Below the pieces are notes generated by a model that was not told the origin of the DNA, did no database searches, and worked only from the letters and a program-made list of their open reading frames with translations. Positions 61,768-64,000 of a stretch of DNA of 64,000 nucleotides are shown here, piece by piece. The translations under genes and the position numbers were made by a program. Source of the stretch: Batkoa obscura (taxonomy: Eukaryota). How positions within the stretch are numbered: position 1 is the first letter of the stretch; the number at the start of each line of letters is the position of its first letter. The DNA lies in contig JASVEC010000001.1 of assembly GCA_030770535.1 (NCBI GenBank), positions 186,001 to 250,000 of the forward strand, written 5' to 3'.

Positions 61768-62818
61768 GTATGATTTAAGAATTCCATGTTTGTTAATTTG
61801 AAGCCATAAATTTCCATTCAAATTAAGCAACATTGCTTAATTTGAGAGTATGATACCAATTGGCAAATTGGTATTATTAAATTGTTCACAATTATAATTA
61901 ACTTAAGTAATAGAAATATTGCAAATAATTTAAAATCAAATGAAATGATGCGGGTGTATAATATATAACAAAAATATAAATAGATTTTAGAGTTTATTTT
62001 TATTTTTAATAAATTTTACAAAAGGGTAAATATTACGAGAATAGTCACTTTCTTTATAATTTTAATTAGCTTATGAGTTTTGCAAATTTAAGCCTATCTT
62101 GATAAATTTGTTTTGATTTTGATAAGGTCTTTAAGTGGTTCATAGTTCAATAAACTGAAAAAAGTATGCATGATAATAAATAATTATGTATATAGCAAAA
62201 AATTCTCTTAAATAATACTAAAATATTATAAATAAAACTTGAAAGTATATTTTTATACAAAAATTGCTCCTAAATCTTTACTTTTTTTTTGAAAATCAGA
62301 ATATTCTTTAAGTCAAAAACAAGCCCTTGTGGCGTTTTATTTAAAAGTAGAACTCTTTTTCATAAATAAGTTGAGATTCTGTTCAATAACAATAATTTCA
62401 ATAATTTATATTATTTTTGATAATGTTGAGATGTAGAATGTTTTACATCACAGTTAAAGCTATATGATAACTTATAATTGTTTGTTTATGATTGTTATAA
62501 TTAAAGTGATTTTTACTATGCATAATATTCCGTTACTTAGCCTGGTAGTTTAACTGGCAAAGTGAAGTGTTATGAATGGTTGATAATGAGATAAAAATAA
62601 GACTATAAATAAGATTTTCATGAATTATTCTATAACTTTATTTTATTATCAAAACAAACGGTTTAAGCTTAAAATTGATCTAATTATACATTTCTAATAG
62701 AAATTAATATTTTTAAAATTTATTGTTTCTAAATGTTATACATAATTGAAATGAATTACATGTATCAATAGAAAAAAATAAAAGAGGAAGTGAAAAATAA
62801 AAGTACATTTCAAGAATA

Positions 62819-63664
62819 TTAAACAGGTAATGAGGTGGTAAAAGAGGTTGTTAAAGCGGGAGTTTGAGGTAAATAATCATAATGATGCTGATTTAAATTC
62901 ATTTTTTTTTCAAATTCAATTAACTGAGTAATTAAAGATAAATTCGGTGATATTATATTGCTCCTTGATTTGACATATTGATAAGATTGATCAAATTTAA
63001 ACTTTAATGTCTTCATAATATAAGCTATCACTAAACTTGCTGATCTTGAAACACCACATTGGCAATGAATTAAAATACCTACATTCAATGATTTGGCCAG
63101 CTCAATAAAGTTAAAAGCGGAATCCAAACAATCAATTAAGTTATTAGGGTTATGATCCCAAAACAATTTTTTTGAATAAATAGTATGAGAATGGTTTGTA
63201 CTATCCTTGTTTTGTACTATAAAGGTACTCTTTTTTAAATATAAACTGCGTTGATCATTAGATACAAATTGATAGCTTGATTCACTCTTTTCTAATAATT
63301 CGTTCTCTACTTCTCTAGCTACATTTAATACGAACCCAATGTTGTATTTACTTAAGATTTCCGCATTACTAGCATTAGTTTCATCCCCTAAATAAAAGTT
63401 GGGCAACATTTCAATTGGTCCATTTTCATAAACGTTCTTTTGAGGCTTCAGCCAATTAGTATTGATACTGTTAGTATTGCTAGTACTATTACCAAATTCC
63501 ATACCAGTTGTATTTGTACTTAACATGGATTTAATTGTATTTGACTTTAGTACCAAATTCTTTATGTTTTTTTTACTAGTCTTAGCTTTGTTCTCTTTAT
63601 TGAATCGAGTTTTAATCGCTTCATTATTGAAAGTGGTAGCCATTCCTTTATTTAATACTAACAT
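62819..63664 (-). CDS. Dual-specificity (MAPK-type) protein phosphatase, Msg5/Pmp1-like
   Basis: GPIEMLPNFYLG, VLNVARE, WDH, IHCQCGVSRSA (HCx5R) and ISPN motifs. Confidence 0.92.
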   Translation of the reverse strand: MLVLNKGMATTFNNEAIKTRFNKENKAKTSKKNIKNLVLKSNTIKSMLSTNTTGMEFGNSTSNTNSINTNWLKPQKNVYENGPIEMLPNFYLGDETNASNAEILSKYNIGFVLNVAREVENELLEKSESSYQFVSNDQRSLYLKKSTFIVQNKDSTNHSHTIYSKKLFWDHNPNNLIDCLDSAFNFIELAKSLNVGILIHCQCGVSRSASLVIAYIMKTLKFKFDQSYQYVKSRSNIISPNLSLITQLIEFEKKMNLNQHHYDYLPQTPALTTSFTTSLPV

Positions 63665-64000
63665 TGTAAATTTTAATTGAATGAGTAAGTTAAATGATAC
63701 AGATCAACTGTAGGACAAAAATTGGCTGAGATAAATAGAAAAAAGTCTAAAATCTTAAAAGGGGATAGTATTATTACTATTAAAATAATAATAAAGGAGA
63801 GGTCGAAGAATTTAAGAAAGAAACTAAAAAAGTCCATTTTTTTTGGTTTATTTGGTTGCCTATTTATACCCCCTCCCTTTTTATTTAATTAACTTTTTAA
63901 CGTTAATTAATTGCTTTGATTTGATTGATTGAAATTCAACACCTTGATTTAATTGGCAAATATTTGTTATCAAATGATTCCATACCAACATTTTTTTAAT

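Overview
Very AT-rich eukaryotic DNA with short (~45-57 nt) GT-AG introns. The gene content (secreted trypsins, M14 and M64 peptidases, a CE4 deacetylase, a class-A-like GPCR) suggests an early-diverging, probably insect-associated fungus such as Entomophthorales/Conidiobolus; this is inference, not proof. The left half is a secreted hydrolase island: M64 peptidase, GPCR, chitin deacetylase, two carboxypeptidase-B-type M14 enzymes and four trypsins, followed by an aldo-keto reductase (AKR) pseudogene and mitochondrial uL16m. The main discovery is at 34.3-57.6 kb: seven small secreted precursor genes whose RR/KR sites would release heptapeptides of consensus G-x-[GY]-[RK]-x-Y-G. The innermost four are arranged as a mirror image around an AKR, a bacillopeptidase-F-like subtilase and a cytochrome P450 (1-nt frameshift in a homopolymer), with an MFS transporter next to the last copy. 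This is a candidate new KEP/RiPP or neuropeptide-like system with no DUF3328 gene in the window. The right end holds housekeeping genes rebuilt from exons (sugar porter, EMC8/9-like, TVP18-like) and a dual-specificity phosphatase. Mobile DNA comprises a decayed Sola2-like transposon, about 21 copies of a related ~98-bp MITE with 4-bp target-site duplications (TSDs), three solo-LTR-like copies, a PIF/Harbinger-like insertion and several foldback elements. Tandem paralogues show patchwork gene conversion.
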